The translations under genes were made by a program, and so were the position numbers. Of a stretch of 41,280 nt of DNA, positions 28,540 through 37,934 are shown one piece after another; position 1 is the stretch's first letter, and each line of letters opens with the position of its first letter. The DNA is from Actinomycetota bacterium (GTDB taxonomy: Bacteria; Actinomycetota; Actinomycetes; Nanopelagicales; Nanopelagicaceae). The stretch spans positions 1 to 41,280 of the forward strand of contig WLQO01000001.1 of assembly GCA_009698295.1 (NCBI GenBank), read 5' to 3'. The notes beneath the pieces were generated by a model. The model did no database searches, had not been told where the DNA came from, and saw only the letters and a program-made list of their open reading frames with translations.

Positions 28540-29214
28540 ATGTTTGAGGCAGTACTTTTCGATATGGATGGACTCTTCATCGATTCCGAACCTGACTGGC
28601 ATGCTGCGGAATCTGCAATGATGCGCTCTAATGGTTACGACTGGACTCCAGAGGATCAATTAAAGTGTTTAGGTGGCCCACTGCCGAGAGTCACGCAATA
28701 CATGTCAGAGTGTTTGCAAGGTTCCAAGTCGGCAGAGCAACTCGCGCAATCAATTGTTGCAGAGATGAAGAAACGCATGTCCGGCAAAGTTGCTTTGATG
28801 CCGGGAGCGATTGAGTTTTCTAGATATCTCAATCAAGCAGCGATCCCACAAGCTTTGGTATCGGCTAGTCCACGAGAAATCGTTGATGCGGTTCTACTGG
28901 GTATGGATGAGAAGTACTTTGCAATTTCAGTAGCCGCTGGTGATATCGCAAGAACCAAACCTTTTCCTGATCCATATCTTCATGCTGCCAAGTTGCTCGA
29001 GGTAGATATCGAAAAATGTCTAATATTTGAAGATTCGCCAACTGGTTTAACAGCCGCCCGCGCCAGTGGCGCATTCGTTGTCGGAATTCCTCATCTAGTA
29101 GATGTGCCTGAGGAGCCAAGACTTAAGATCGTGAAGAGTTTCCTTGATATCCAAAGATCTCACTTGGACGGTTGGTATTCAATCAACCAAGGTGAGCTGG
29201 GCAGATTGTCTTAA
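28540..29214 (+). CDS. HAD-family phosphatase
   Basis: FDMDGLFIDSE, KPFPDPY, FEDSPTG. Confidence 0.92.
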   Translation: MFEAVLFDMDGLFIDSEPDWHAAESAMMRSNGYDWTPEDQLKCLGGPLPRVTQYMSECLQGSKSAEQLAQSIVAEMKKRMSGKVALMPGAIEFSRYLNQAAIPQALVSASPREIVDAVLLGMDEKYFAISVAAGDIARTKPFPDPYLHAAKLLEVDIEKCLIFEDSPTGLTAARASGAFVVGIPHLVDVPEEPRLKIVKSFLDIQRSHLDGWYSINQGELGRLS

Positions 29215-29938
29215 AGAAACACCAATCACATAACTTTGTAGGTCTTGGGCGAAATTCATTTCGCTCAATAGCGCGCAAGATATCTTCGGCTATATCAAAG
29301 AGGATTCTCTCCGTCTTAACCAAGTCAGCTTCGGTCGGCGTGCTTTTAACTAGTCGAGTATCACCAAGGTAAATCAATTGTAAAAGTTTTGGAATAACAC
29401 CGTGGTTTCTCCAATAGAGCAAGGCATAGACGCGTAATTGGAAAAGCGCCTTCTCTTCCCATCCAGGTTTAGGCGATTTACCAGTTTTATAATCTACGAT
29501 CCGAACTTCTCCTGTTGGTGCAACATCTAGGCGATCAACGTATCCATGAAGATATAGTTTTTCTGATAGATCCATCTCTAAATGGAGTTCTCGGTAAGTG
29601 GGTTGGAAAGTGGCAGGATTTTCCAATGAAAAATAATTTCCCAACAATTCTTCAGCTCTCTTAAACCAAGCGCCTTCATCGAGAACTAATTCTGCGATGG
29701 CCGGTTTTTCTGCGATCTGGGCCATCCATCTGCTTGGTAAGAGTTGAGTTGCACTTTGCAGATCTCGATCCGAGGCGGGAAGTTCGAAGAGATCTTCTAA
29801 TACGGTATGAATCAGAGTTCCACGTTCGGCATCGATACTAGGAGGCTCGGGAAGCAAGTCGATCGTGCGATATTTGTAGAGTTGTGGACAATTATTGAAG
29901 TCGTTGATGCGGCTAGGGGAGAGGCGCAACTGGTCCAT
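29183..29938 (-). CDS. RecB-family PD-(D/E)XK exonuclease with 4-Cys Fe-S motif (Rv2119-like)
   Basis: LSPS..DF..CP, GT..H.VLE, GYVDRLD, IVDYKTG, QL..YAL, CDWC.....CP. Start taken at ATG 29938 because the longer ORF overlaps trmI. Confidence 0.9.
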   Translation of the reverse strand: MDQLRLSPSRINDFNNCPQLYKYRTIDLLPEPPSIDAERGTLIHTVLEDLFELPASDRDLQSATQLLPSRWMAQIAEKPAIAELVLDEGAWFKRAEELLGNYFSLENPATFQPTYRELHLEMDLSEKLYLHGYVDRLDVAPTGEVRIVDYKTGKSPKPGWEEKALFQLRVYALLYWRNHGVIPKLLQLIYLGDTRLVKSTPTEADLVKTERILFDIAEDILRAIERNEFRPRPTKLCDWCFFKTICPAHLG

Positions 29939-29946
29939 AAGGAAAG

Positions 29947-29970
29947 AAGATACATGCTTTGCACCGATAA
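29947..29970 (-). promoter_or_regulatory. Candidate PafBC-dependent (RecA-NDp-like) promoter
   Basis: TTATCGGTG-N9-TATCTT upstream of the nuclease ATG, compared with the mycobacterial consensus tTGTCRgtg-N8-TAnnnT. Confidence 0.4.
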
Positions 29971-29986
29971 CGCTTAGGATGCTCCT

Positions 29987-30877
29987 GTGCCAAAGCAACC
30001 AGAAGAAAGAGCCAGCAGTTCTGGAGCGCGCAATCGTGGTTTTTTTGTCGCTGGCGATCGAGTGCAGCTGACTGACCAAAAGGGCAAGATTTACAGCATC
30101 ACAATAACTCCCGGAAAAGAGTGGCACACTCATAAGGGTTGGATCGTGCATGATGATCTGATTGGTTTACCAGAAGGATCAGTAGTTAGCACCAGTGCAG
30201 GTTTGAAATTCACTGCCTTTATTCCATTGCTGACTGATTACGTTCTATCAATGCCCCGTGGAGCGACAATTGTTTATCCAAAGGATTCGGCTTTGATTGT
30301 CGGCTTCGCTGATATCTTCCCTGGCGCTCGAGTTCTTGAGGCAGGTGTGGGAAGTGGAGCGTTAACACTTTCGTTACTGCGAGCCGTTGGAGCAGCGGGC
30401 CATGTTCATTCAGTAGAGCGACGCGAAGATTTTGCAGAAAATGCAAAGACTAATATCGAGAATTATTTCGGAGGTTCACCTGCGAACTGGTCGCTAGATA
30501 TTGGTTCGGTCCAAGAAAAGAGTTTCGATGAAAGTTTTGATCGCGTTATTTTAGATATGTTGGCGCCCTGGGAATGCGTAGAACTAGCAGCAAAGGTTCT
30601 TCGTCCGGGTGGCGTTTATATGGCCTATGTCGCTACCACCACGCAACTTTCCGCTACTGCAGAGGCGCTAAAGGAAGATGGACATTTCACCGAACCAGAA
30701 AGTTTTGAAAGTATGGTTCGTGGCTGGCATCACGAAGGTTTGGCAGTGCGGCCACAGCAACGCATGATTGGACATACCGGCTTCCTCATCTTTGCCAGAC
30801 GCATGGCGCCCGGAGTTGAAGTCCTGGCCCGCCGCCGCCGTCCGGCGAAAGGTTCTTACGGTGTCGCGGAAGACTGA
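29987..30877 (+). CDS. trmI: tRNA m1A58 methyltransferase
   Basis: GDRVQLTD.KG, MPRGATIVYPKD, LEAGVGSGAL, LDMLAPW, HTGFL. Confidence 0.95.
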   Translation: MPKQPEERASSSGARNRGFFVAGDRVQLTDQKGKIYSITITPGKEWHTHKGWIVHDDLIGLPEGSVVSTSAGLKFTAFIPLLTDYVLSMPRGATIVYPKDSALIVGFADIFPGARVLEAGVGSGALTLSLLRAVGAAGHVHSVERREDFAENAKTNIENYFGGSPANWSLDIGSVQEKSFDESFDRVILDMLAPWECVELAAKVLRPGGVYMAYVATTTQLSATAEALKEDGHFTEPESFESMVRGWHHEGLAVRPQQRMIGHTGFLIFARRMAPGVEVLARRRRPAKGSYGVAED

Positions 30878-31811
30878 GCGGTTGGTAAATCTCACAATCG
30901 CATTGCTCGCCACAAAACGCTATATAACGAAGTCAGAAATTTTTCGAACTGTCGATGGATATGAAGGCAGCGACGAAAGTAAAGAGCGAATGTTTGAACG
31001 CGATAAAGATGATTTGCGTAATCTGGGAATCGAGATTGAAGTTGGCACATTTGATCCACTCTTTGAAGATGAATCTGGTTATCGGATCAAACCAGAAAAT
31101 TATCAGTTTCAGTTAGGCGAAGTTAGCGCTCAAGAGATAACCGTTCTCTCACTAGCGGCTGAAGCTTGGCGTGGTGCGTCAATGGGTCCTGCAGCTCTGA
31201 GCGCACTAAATAAACTCCACGCTATCGGTATCGAAAGTGATTCTGAACTATTGCTCGATCTCGCTCCGGCGATTGTCAGCCAAGATGAAAACCTAGCAAT
31301 CGCGATCTCTGCCATAACAACGAAGACGGTGCTCTCCTTTGCTTATCTCAACGAGGACTTGCAGACCCAAAGTAGAACCCTTGAACCCTATGCAGTTACT
31401 TCGCGATTTGGGCATTGGTACATATTTGGTCAAGATTTAGATCGAAAATCTCTGCGAATCTTCCGACTCGATCGCATCTCTGGAGTTTTGAAATTGCAAG
31501 GTAAATCAGGTCAGTATCAAATTCCCGCAAAAGTGGATATCAATTCGGCCTTCACTAATCCGGAGGAACTATTAACTGCAACTCTCAAACTACGAGATGG
31601 ACGAGCTCTTAATTTGCGAGTTCGAGGTAAGCAGATCTCAGAGGCAGTCGATTCTTCCGGATGGCAGCGATTTGCCATTGAATACCGTGATATCGAGCGT
31701 TTTATCGAAGAAGTACTTTGGTACGGCGACGATGTAATCGTTGAAGAACCAGCAGAATTGCGAACAGAAGTTATCAAGCGCCTAAAAGAAGGTGTTCGCC
31801 GATATGGTTAA
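30861..31811 (+). CDS. pafB: WYL-domain transcriptional regulator PafB
   Basis: ERLVNLTIALL, RMFERDKDDLR.LGI HTH, WYI..D.DR...R.FRL.RI. GTG start at 30861 overlaps the end of trmI. Confidence 0.9.
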   Translation: MSRKTERLVNLTIALLATKRYITKSEIFRTVDGYEGSDESKERMFERDKDDLRNLGIEIEVGTFDPLFEDESGYRIKPENYQFQLGEVSAQEITVLSLAAEAWRGASMGPAALSALNKLHAIGIESDSELLLDLAPAIVSQDENLAIAISAITTKTVLSFAYLNEDLQTQSRTLEPYAVTSRFGHWYIFGQDLDRKSLRIFRLDRISGVLKLQGKSGQYQIPAKVDINSAFTNPEELLTATLKLRDGRALNLRVRGKQISEAVDSSGWQRFAIEYRDIERFIEEVLWYGDDVIVEEPAELRTEVIKRLKEGVRRYG

Positions 31812-32736
31812 ATCACAATCCAACCCGGTTGAAAAGGCTTCACGTCTCTTAGACCTCGTGCCTTATATCTCAACACATCAAGGAATTGCGCTGAGCGATT
31901 TAGCCGCAGAGTTCAATCTCTCTGAAAGTGAATTACTCAGTGATCTCAATACACTCTGGATGTGCGGATTGCCGGGTTACACACCACTTGAACTGATAGA
32001 CCTAGAATTTGAATCTGGATATGTCAGTATTCGAAATGCTGAGGTATTGCAACGCGTTCGGTTATTGACCAAGCAAGAGTTGGTGATCATCCTTCTTGGA
32101 TTAGACATCTTGGGAAGTTCTTTGAACCCTGATCGTAAGGATTTGGGTGAGGCGATCAATAAGTTAATTTTCAAAATTAAGAGCATCGTAGGTGATATAG
32201 CCACGGCAAATCCCATCGTGGATTCGACTCATAGAGCAGCGATCACTCAGGCGATTCAAAGTCGGCGTGATTTAGAAATCAAATATCACTCAACGATTCG
32301 TGATCTAGTCTCTGATCGCCTTATTACTCCGCTTGAAATCTCACTTGATTATGGTTTCGAAGTTTTACATGCCTATTGTCATACGGCAGAAGGGTTTCGA
32401 ACCTTCCGCTTAGATAACATGCAATCAGTGATCATTTCACTGTCGACTTCAGGAGTTCCCAAGCAACCCGCTTCGGCAGATTATCATTGGCAAATTGCCA
32501 TAACTTCCCGCTTTCGTACATCCTCAGAACGGTTTAGAGCAGTTTTTAAAATGCGTGAATCTAATCAACCCGAGCGCCTTTCGGTCACTTCATTTAGCCA
32601 AGACTGGTTGTTAAGAAATGCCATGAGCACTTTGGCATCTGTTGAAGTTGAAGGCCCAATCTCTGCACGTTCGATGATCGCTGAAAAGTGCCGTCAGACT
32701 TTGGAACTTTATGAGAGCGGCAGATCTTCGAAATAA
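31804..32736 (+). CDS. pafC: WYL-domain transcriptional regulator PafC
   Basis: RLLDLVPYI, DLNTLWMCGLPGY...LID, AYC....FRTFRLD; follows pafB and precedes tatA. Confidence 0.9.
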   Translation: MVKSQSNPVEKASRLLDLVPYISTHQGIALSDLAAEFNLSESELLSDLNTLWMCGLPGYTPLELIDLEFESGYVSIRNAEVLQRVRLLTKQELVIILLGLDILGSSLNPDRKDLGEAINKLIFKIKSIVGDIATANPIVDSTHRAAITQAIQSRRDLEIKYHSTIRDLVSDRLITPLEISLDYGFEVLHAYCHTAEGFRTFRLDNMQSVIISLSTSGVPKQPASADYHWQIAITSRFRTSSERFRAVFKMRESNQPERLSVTSFSQDWLLRNAMSTLASVEVEGPISARSMIAEKCRQTLELYESGRSSK

Positions 32737-32805
32737 GGAGCCTCTTCGAAGGTGACAGACCGCTCGGTGATGCGCGAAAGCGCGCTCATGCGATACCTTT
32801 TAGCC

Positions 32806-33000
32806 ATGCCTTTTCTACGCGAACCAAGTCATATCCTCTTACTTCTCATAGTTGTCGTCATTCTCTTTGGCGCTAAGCGCCTTCCCGATTCAGCCCGCTC
32901 ACTCGGACGTTCACTACGTATCTTTAAAAGCGAGATGAAAGAGATGAAGAACGATGGGGATGAAAAGAAGGATGGAACTGACGGCTCTGCCGCTCAATAA
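32806..33000 (+). CDS. tatA: Sec-independent translocase subunit TatA
   Basis: TM helix then [23 protein letters not shown]; ATG at 32806 lies 6 nt after TACCTT. Confidence 0.95.
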   Translation: MPFLREPSHILLLLIVVVILFGAKRLPDSARSLGRSLRIFKSEMKEMKNDGDEKKDGTDGSAAQ

Positions 33001-33005
33001 GAGTT

Positions 33006-33779
33006 ATGACGACCTCCGTCGGCGGTCGCATGCCGCTAATCGAACATCTGCGTGAGTTTCGCAAACGAGTCGTTCGTTCTTCACTAGCAATCACCCTCGG
33101 TTCGATTATTGGGTGGTTTTTCTATAACGAGATAATTACGAAGTTAGCTGAGCCGGTCTGTGATCTCAAGGCGGCGCAAGCCAGTGGCGCTAATAATTGT
33201 GGCGCTCTTTATATCAATGGCGTATTAGGTCCTCTTAATCTGCAGATTAAAGTTGCAATTTTAACTGGTGTTATTTTGACTGCTCCGATCTGGCTTTATC
33301 AACTATGGGCATTTATCGCTCCCGCATTGCATCGTCGCGAAAAGAAGTACTCCGTACTATTTTTAATCGCAGCAACGCCGTTTTTCGCGGCCGGAACTTA
33401 TCTAGGATATTCGATTCTGCCAATTGCAGTAAGAGTCCTCTTTGGCTTTACTCCGGATGCTCTAAATAACTTAGTTAAGTTCGATGATTACTTGGACTTT
33501 GTGATGCGAGCAATTCTACTTTTTGGAATTGCATTCGAATTGCCTGTTTTCCTGGTGACCTTCAATTTGATTGGATTCTTAAGTGGGGTGGTGATCCTCA
33601 AACCTTGGCGCATCTGGGTATTTGCAATCACCCTATTCGTTGCCGGATTTACACCAAGTGCTGACCCGCTTTCTATGGCCCTACTTGCTATTCCGTTGAT
33701 TGGTCTTTATCTATTAGCGGGAGTTATTGCATTGCTCAACGATCGCCGCCGAGCTAAAAAGAACGCATCCTTAGAGTAG
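33006..33779 (+). CDS. tatC: Twin-arginine translocase subunit TatC
   Basis: MPLIEHLREFRKR, YQLWAFIAPAL, FGIAFELP, TP..DP. Confidence 0.97.
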   Translation: MTTSVGGRMPLIEHLREFRKRVVRSSLAITLGSIIGWFFYNEIITKLAEPVCDLKAAQASGANNCGALYINGVLGPLNLQIKVAILTGVILTAPIWLYQLWAFIAPALHRREKKYSVLFLIAATPFFAAGTYLGYSILPIAVRVLFGFTPDALNNLVKFDDYLDFVMRAILLFGIAFELPVFLVTFNLIGFLSGVVILKPWRIWVFAITLFVAGFTPSADPLSMALLAIPLIGLYLLAGVIALLNDRRRAKKNASLE

Positions 33780-33790
33780 GCGCAAAAGAT

Positions 33791-34663
33791 ATGTGGGCAA
33801 TCGTAATTAATCCCGTATCTGGATCGGGACGCGGCGCGGTCCTTGGTCGTGAAGTTGCGGGTTATTTCAGCGGAAAAGGTCTGCCTTATCAAATTATCAC
33901 CGCGACATCAGCGGAAAAATTGCGAACTAATCTCACCCATTTTTTAGATAATGGCAGTGAAAGTTGCCAGGGAGTTATTGCAGTTGGGGGAGATGGTCTG
34001 GCACACCTAGTTCTGCAAGTCGTCGTACCTCGAAAAATCGCTTTTGCAATTCTCCCCGGAGGCACAGGCAATGATTTTGTTCGTGCATTGGGTTGGGACT
34101 TGAAAGATATTTCCACTCAATTAGATACTGTTGTGTCGACAGCTCCGCAATCTATTGATTTAGGGCAAGTTGATTCAGAATGGTTCGGGGCAGTCCTTTC
34201 CACGGGCTTCGATGCGGTAGTAAATGAGAAAGCGAATACGATGAAATGGCCGAAGGGCCCAATGAAGTACAACCTAGCAATTGCAATGGAGCTTCCGAAA
34301 TTTAAGCCACTGAGATATAAAATTGAATTGGATAGCCAGACGCTAGAAACAGAAGCGATGTTGATTGCGATAGGCAATGGCAATAGCTATGGGGGAGGCA
34401 TGAAGGTCTGTCCCGATGCCGTGATGTCAGATGGCCTTTTCGATGTGATGGTCCTTCGGCCGGTCAGTAAATTTGAATTTATCAAAGTTTTCCCAAAAGT
34501 CTTTAGCGGCAAGCACATTGAACACCGCCAAGTCGATATCTTTCGGACTTCCCGTGTTTCACTTCATGCAGAAGCGATTGCTTATGCTGATGGAGAAAGG
34601 ATCGGTGGATTGCCAATTCGCGCTGAATGTATCGCCAGCGCTGGACTATCGTGGACCCTATGA
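33791..34663 (+). CDS. Diacylglycerol/lipid kinase family protein (YegS/DAGK)
   Basis: NPVSG, GGDG, PGGTGNDF, YGGG, DG.FD, ADGE. Confidence 0.92.
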   Translation: MWAIVINPVSGSGRGAVLGREVAGYFSGKGLPYQIITATSAEKLRTNLTHFLDNGSESCQGVIAVGGDGLAHLVLQVVVPRKIAFAILPGGTGNDFVRALGWDLKDISTQLDTVVSTAPQSIDLGQVDSEWFGAVLSTGFDAVVNEKANTMKWPKGPMKYNLAIAMELPKFKPLRYKIELDSQTLETEAMLIAIGNGNSYGGGMKVCPDAVMSDGLFDVMVLRPVSKFEFIKVFPKVFSGKHIEHRQVDIFRTSRVSLHAEAIAYADGERIGGLPIRAECIASAGLSWTL

Positions 34664-37035
34664 CTACCCCTGCGGCTAAATATGCGGCGGCAAAGTCTCG
34701 CAATAAGAATCAAATCACCACAGAATTCATATCCCAATTTGATTTTCCTTTTGACCAATTCCAGATTGACGCCTGCCATGCCGTAGAAAGTGGACATGGC
34801 GTCTTAGTAGCTGCCCCAACTGGTGCAGGTAAGACAGTTGTTGGTGAATTCGCAGCCTATCTTGCTTTAAGCAATGGAAAAAAGTGTTTCTACACCACAC
34901 CGATTAAAGCTCTTTCTAATCAGAAGTTTCAAGAGTTTGTCGCTCGCTTTGGTGAAGCAAAAGTTGGTCTGCTTACGGGAGATACCAATATCAATTCGGA
35001 AGCGGATATTTTGGTTATGACCACAGAGGTCTTGCGCAACATGCTCTATGCGAATTCGACCACCTTGGTCAATCTCGGTTCAGTGGTAATGGATGAAGTT
35101 CATTACCTAGCTGATAAATTTCGTGGCGCAGTCTGGGAAGAAGTATTGATTCATTTAATGGAATCAGTGCAAGTAATCTCACTGTCGGCAACCGTTTCCA
35201 ACGCTGAAGAGTTTGGCGAGTGGTTGGGGGAAGTTCGAGGTCAGACTGAGGTAATTGTCAGCGAGCATCGTCCGATACCTTTATATCAACATGTGCTGAT
35301 TAATTCGAACTTGGTCGATCTCTTTAGCCAACCGGGAAAAATTAATCCCGAGATCCTGGCGTTAGAGCGCGAAGCACTTCGTAAGGTGAGAATTCCCCGA
35401 AATCGCCGCGAACAATGGGGGGCGCAGGAGTCACGACTTTCTCGAGCTGAGATTATTGAAAAGCTCAATCGTGAAAATCTTTTGCCGGCAATTACCTTCA
35501 TCTTCTCGCGTATGGGTTGTGATGCTGCAGTGAAACAATGTTTGGCAGCGGGATTGAAGCTAACTAATACTGAAGAACGCGCTGAAATTTTGGCCACGGC
35601 AGAGCGATTTACGGCAAATTTACCTGAAGAAGATTTGGAAGTACTTGGTTATCGTGAATGGATCACTGCCTTAGAGCGAGGAATAGCGGCACACCATGCC
35701 GGCCTTCTTCCAAGTTTTAAAAATGCAATCGAAGATCTTTTTCAACGAGGACTAGTCAAGGCAGTATTTGCAACCGAAACGCTAGCCCTCGGAATTAATA
35801 TGCCAGCGCGAACTGTTGTTTTAGAGAAGTTGACCAAATGGAATGGCGAAGCTCATGTACCAATTACTCCGGGGGAGTACACCCAGCTAACTGGAAGAGC
35901 AGGTCGTCGCGGTATCGATATTGAGGGAAATGCTGTGGTGCAATGGTCTCCAACTGTGGATTCTGCAACGGCGGCTGGACTAGCATCAACACGTACTTAC
36001 CCGTTGCGATCTTCTTTTACACCTACGTACAACATGGCGATTAACCTCATAGCCCGTTTTGGACGTGAACGAGCTCATGGCAGTTTGGAATCCTCTTTTG
36101 CGCAATTCCAAGCAGATCGCGCTGTTGTTGGTTTGGTAAGACAGATTAAGAAGAACGAAGGCGCCCGGAACGAACTTATCGAAAGCGCTAAATGTCATCT
36201 AGGTGATTTCGAAAGTTATGCATCGCTGCGCTCAGAAATTAAAGAGTTAGAGAAGTTGCTATCCAAACGCGATGGCAGAAAGACTTTCGATAATCGCCAG
36301 CGTAGCCATATGGAAGGAGAGATCGACAATCTTCGTCGTAGTATGCGAAATCACGCCTGCCATTCGTGTAATGATCGTGAAACGCATGCGCGTTTTGCCG
36401 AAAGGGCAGAGCGGCTATCTCGCGAATCAGAGGGACTTCGCGCAAGAGTAGAAAATCGCACCCACGTAATTGCTAAGACCTTTGATCGCATTTGCGATGT
36501 GCTTACCCACTTGGGGTATATCGAAGGAGAAAAACCACTGGCGCAAGGCCAGATACTGGCAAAGATTTATGCTGAATCAGATCTCCTTTTGACCGAGACA
36601 ATCCGTGCAGGAATATTAGATAACCTCTCTGCACCTGAATTGCTCTCGGTAGTTTCTTCTATGATCTTTCAATCTCGATCGCGAGATGATTACGCACCGA
36701 AGATGCCTCACCAGAATGTCGCTAACGCACTTGCCGAGATAACCAAGTTGTGGGCAAAGTTGGAGGCGATCGAGAATGACTTCGATGTCAAAACACAGAA
36801 AGAACCTGATTTCGGGTTTGCTTATATTTCTTATCGTTGGGCACAGGGTAATTCGCTTACCAATGTATTAAAAGGTAGCGATATGTCGGTAGGTGACTTT
36901 GTGCGTTCGACAAAACAGTTGATGGACCTGCTGATGCAGATAGCAGGGGCAAGTGAATCTTTACGTCCAGTTTGTCGCGAAGGAATCAAGCGGCTCGACC
37001 GTGGCGTAGTTTCGTATATGGTTGATGACTTATGA
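34660..37035 (+). CDS. helY: Ski2-like DExH-box RNA helicase HelY
   Basis: APTGAGKT, PIKALSNQK, DEVH, LSAT, HHAG, ATETLALGINMPA, GRAGRRG, DSHCT-like C-terminus; ATG 34660 overlaps the upstream TGA. Confidence 0.94.
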   Translation: MTTPAAKYAAAKSRNKNQITTEFISQFDFPFDQFQIDACHAVESGHGVLVAAPTGAGKTVVGEFAAYLALSNGKKCFYTTPIKALSNQKFQEFVARFGEAKVGLLTGDTNINSEADILVMTTEVLRNMLYANSTTLVNLGSVVMDEVHYLADKFRGAVWEEVLIHLMESVQVISLSATVSNAEEFGEWLGEVRGQTEVIVSEHRPIPLYQHVLINSNLVDLFSQPGKINPEILALEREALRKVRIPRNRREQWGAQESRLSRAEIIEKLNRENLLPAITFIFSRMGCDAAVKQCLAAGLKLTNTEERAEILATAERFTANLPEEDLEVLGYREWITALERGIAAHHAGLLPSFKNAIEDLFQRGLVKAVFATETLALGINMPARTVVLEKLTKWNGEAHVPITPGEYTQLTGRAGRRGIDIEGNAVVQWSPTVDSATAAGLASTRTYPLRSSFTPTYNMAINLIARFGRERAHGSLESSFAQFQADRAVVGLVRQIKKNEGARNELIESAKCHLGDFESYASLRSEIKELEKLLSKRDGRKTFDNRQRSHMEGEIDNLRRSMRNHACHSCNDRETHARFAERAERLSRESEGLRARVENRTHVIAKTFDRICDVLTHLGYIEGEKPLAQGQILAKIYAESDLLLTETIRAGILDNLSAPELLSVVSSMIFQSRSRDDYAPKMPHQNVANALAEITKLWAKLEAIENDFDVKTQKEPDFGFAYISYRWAQGNSLTNVLKGSDMSVGDFVRSTKQLMDLLMQIAGASESLRPVCREGIKRLDRGVVSYMVDDL

Positions 37036-37934
37036 CGCTCATGCTGCTCGATAGCGCATCGCTCTGGTACCGCGCTTATTACGGAATGCCTGACACGATG
37101 TTGGCTCCCGATGGAACACCGGTTAACGCTATCCGTGGTTATCTGGATATGACGGCGAGGCTAATCACTATGTATTCTCCAAAGCGAATTGTGGCTTGCA
37201 TCGAAGGTGATTGGCGCCCTTCGTGGCGCGTGGAACTCTTTCCAGATTACAAGGCAAATAGATTGGAAGAAGGTGGTGAAGAGGAGGAAGAGCCTGATTT
37301 ATTGACGCCACAAATTCCGATTCTCTTGGATTTACTAGATGAATTCGGTATCCCTATGGTCGGGGTAGATGACTATGAAGCAGATGATGTAATGGCAACA
37401 TTTGCTGTTCAAGAAAATGGTCCCATCCGCATCGTGACAGGTGACCGAGATTTATTTCAGCTCGTCGACGACAAACGAGATGTGAAAGTTGTTTATCTCG
37501 CCAAGGGTTTATCGCAACACGATTTAGTGGATACAGCGTGGGTTGCACGTAAGTACGCTATTCCAGGCGATCGTTACGCCTTATTTGCAATGTTTCGTGG
37601 CGATCCATCCGATGGGCTGCCGGGAGTGCGCGGAATTGGCGAGAAAGGTGCTGCGCTGATAGCCAATCATTTTGCAGATGTCGATGAAGCGCTGGCGGGA
37701 GCACATTCTGCGCATGCTGCACTTAGTCCGGCGTTAGCGAAGAAAATTATCGCAGGTGCTGATTACTTAAAGATTGCTCCGACGCTGGTGCACTGTGCAA
37801 AGGATGTAGCGCTTCCTACGTTAGATATAGCGATGCCAAAGGCACCTAAAGATTTGTCCAAGATTTATGAAATCAAAGAACATTATGGTCTGGGGGCTAG
37901 CGTCGATCGATTGATAGCAGCACTTAAATGGTGA
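37032..37934 (+). CDS. Stand-alone 5'-3' exonuclease/flap endonuclease
   Basis: LLDSASLWYRAYY, YKANR, EADD, TGDRDL, GDPSD.LPGV.GIGEK (H3TH). Confidence 0.93.
   Translation: MTLMLLDSASLWYRAYYGMPDTMLAPDGTPVNAIRGYLDMTARLITMYSPKRIVACIEGDWRPSWRVELFPDYKANRLEEGGEEEEEPDLLTPQIPILLDLLDEFGIPMVGVDDYEADDVMATFAVQENGPIRIVTGDRDLFQLVDDKRDVKVVYLAKGLSQHDLVDTAWVARKYAIPGDRYALFAMFRGDPSDGLPGVRGIGEKGAALIANHFADVDEALAGAHSAHAALSPALAKKIIAGADYLKIAPTLVHCAKDVALPTLDIAMPKAPKDLSKIYEIKEHYGLGASVDRLIAALKW

Noticed and set aside
29183-29938. Cas4-like nuclease near WYL genes as a CRISPR or defence system
   Set aside because: No repeat-spacer array or cas genes. The nuclease-trmI-pafBC-tatAC order is standard actinobacterial housekeeping synteny.
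29939-30151. Extended N-termini from the ORF track (RecB to 30151; also pafB 30768, SCO1664 22041, helY 34627, tatA 32752)
   Set aside because: Family similarity begins at downstream starts that fit -10 spacing or stop/start coupling; most of the extensions overlap neighbouring genes.
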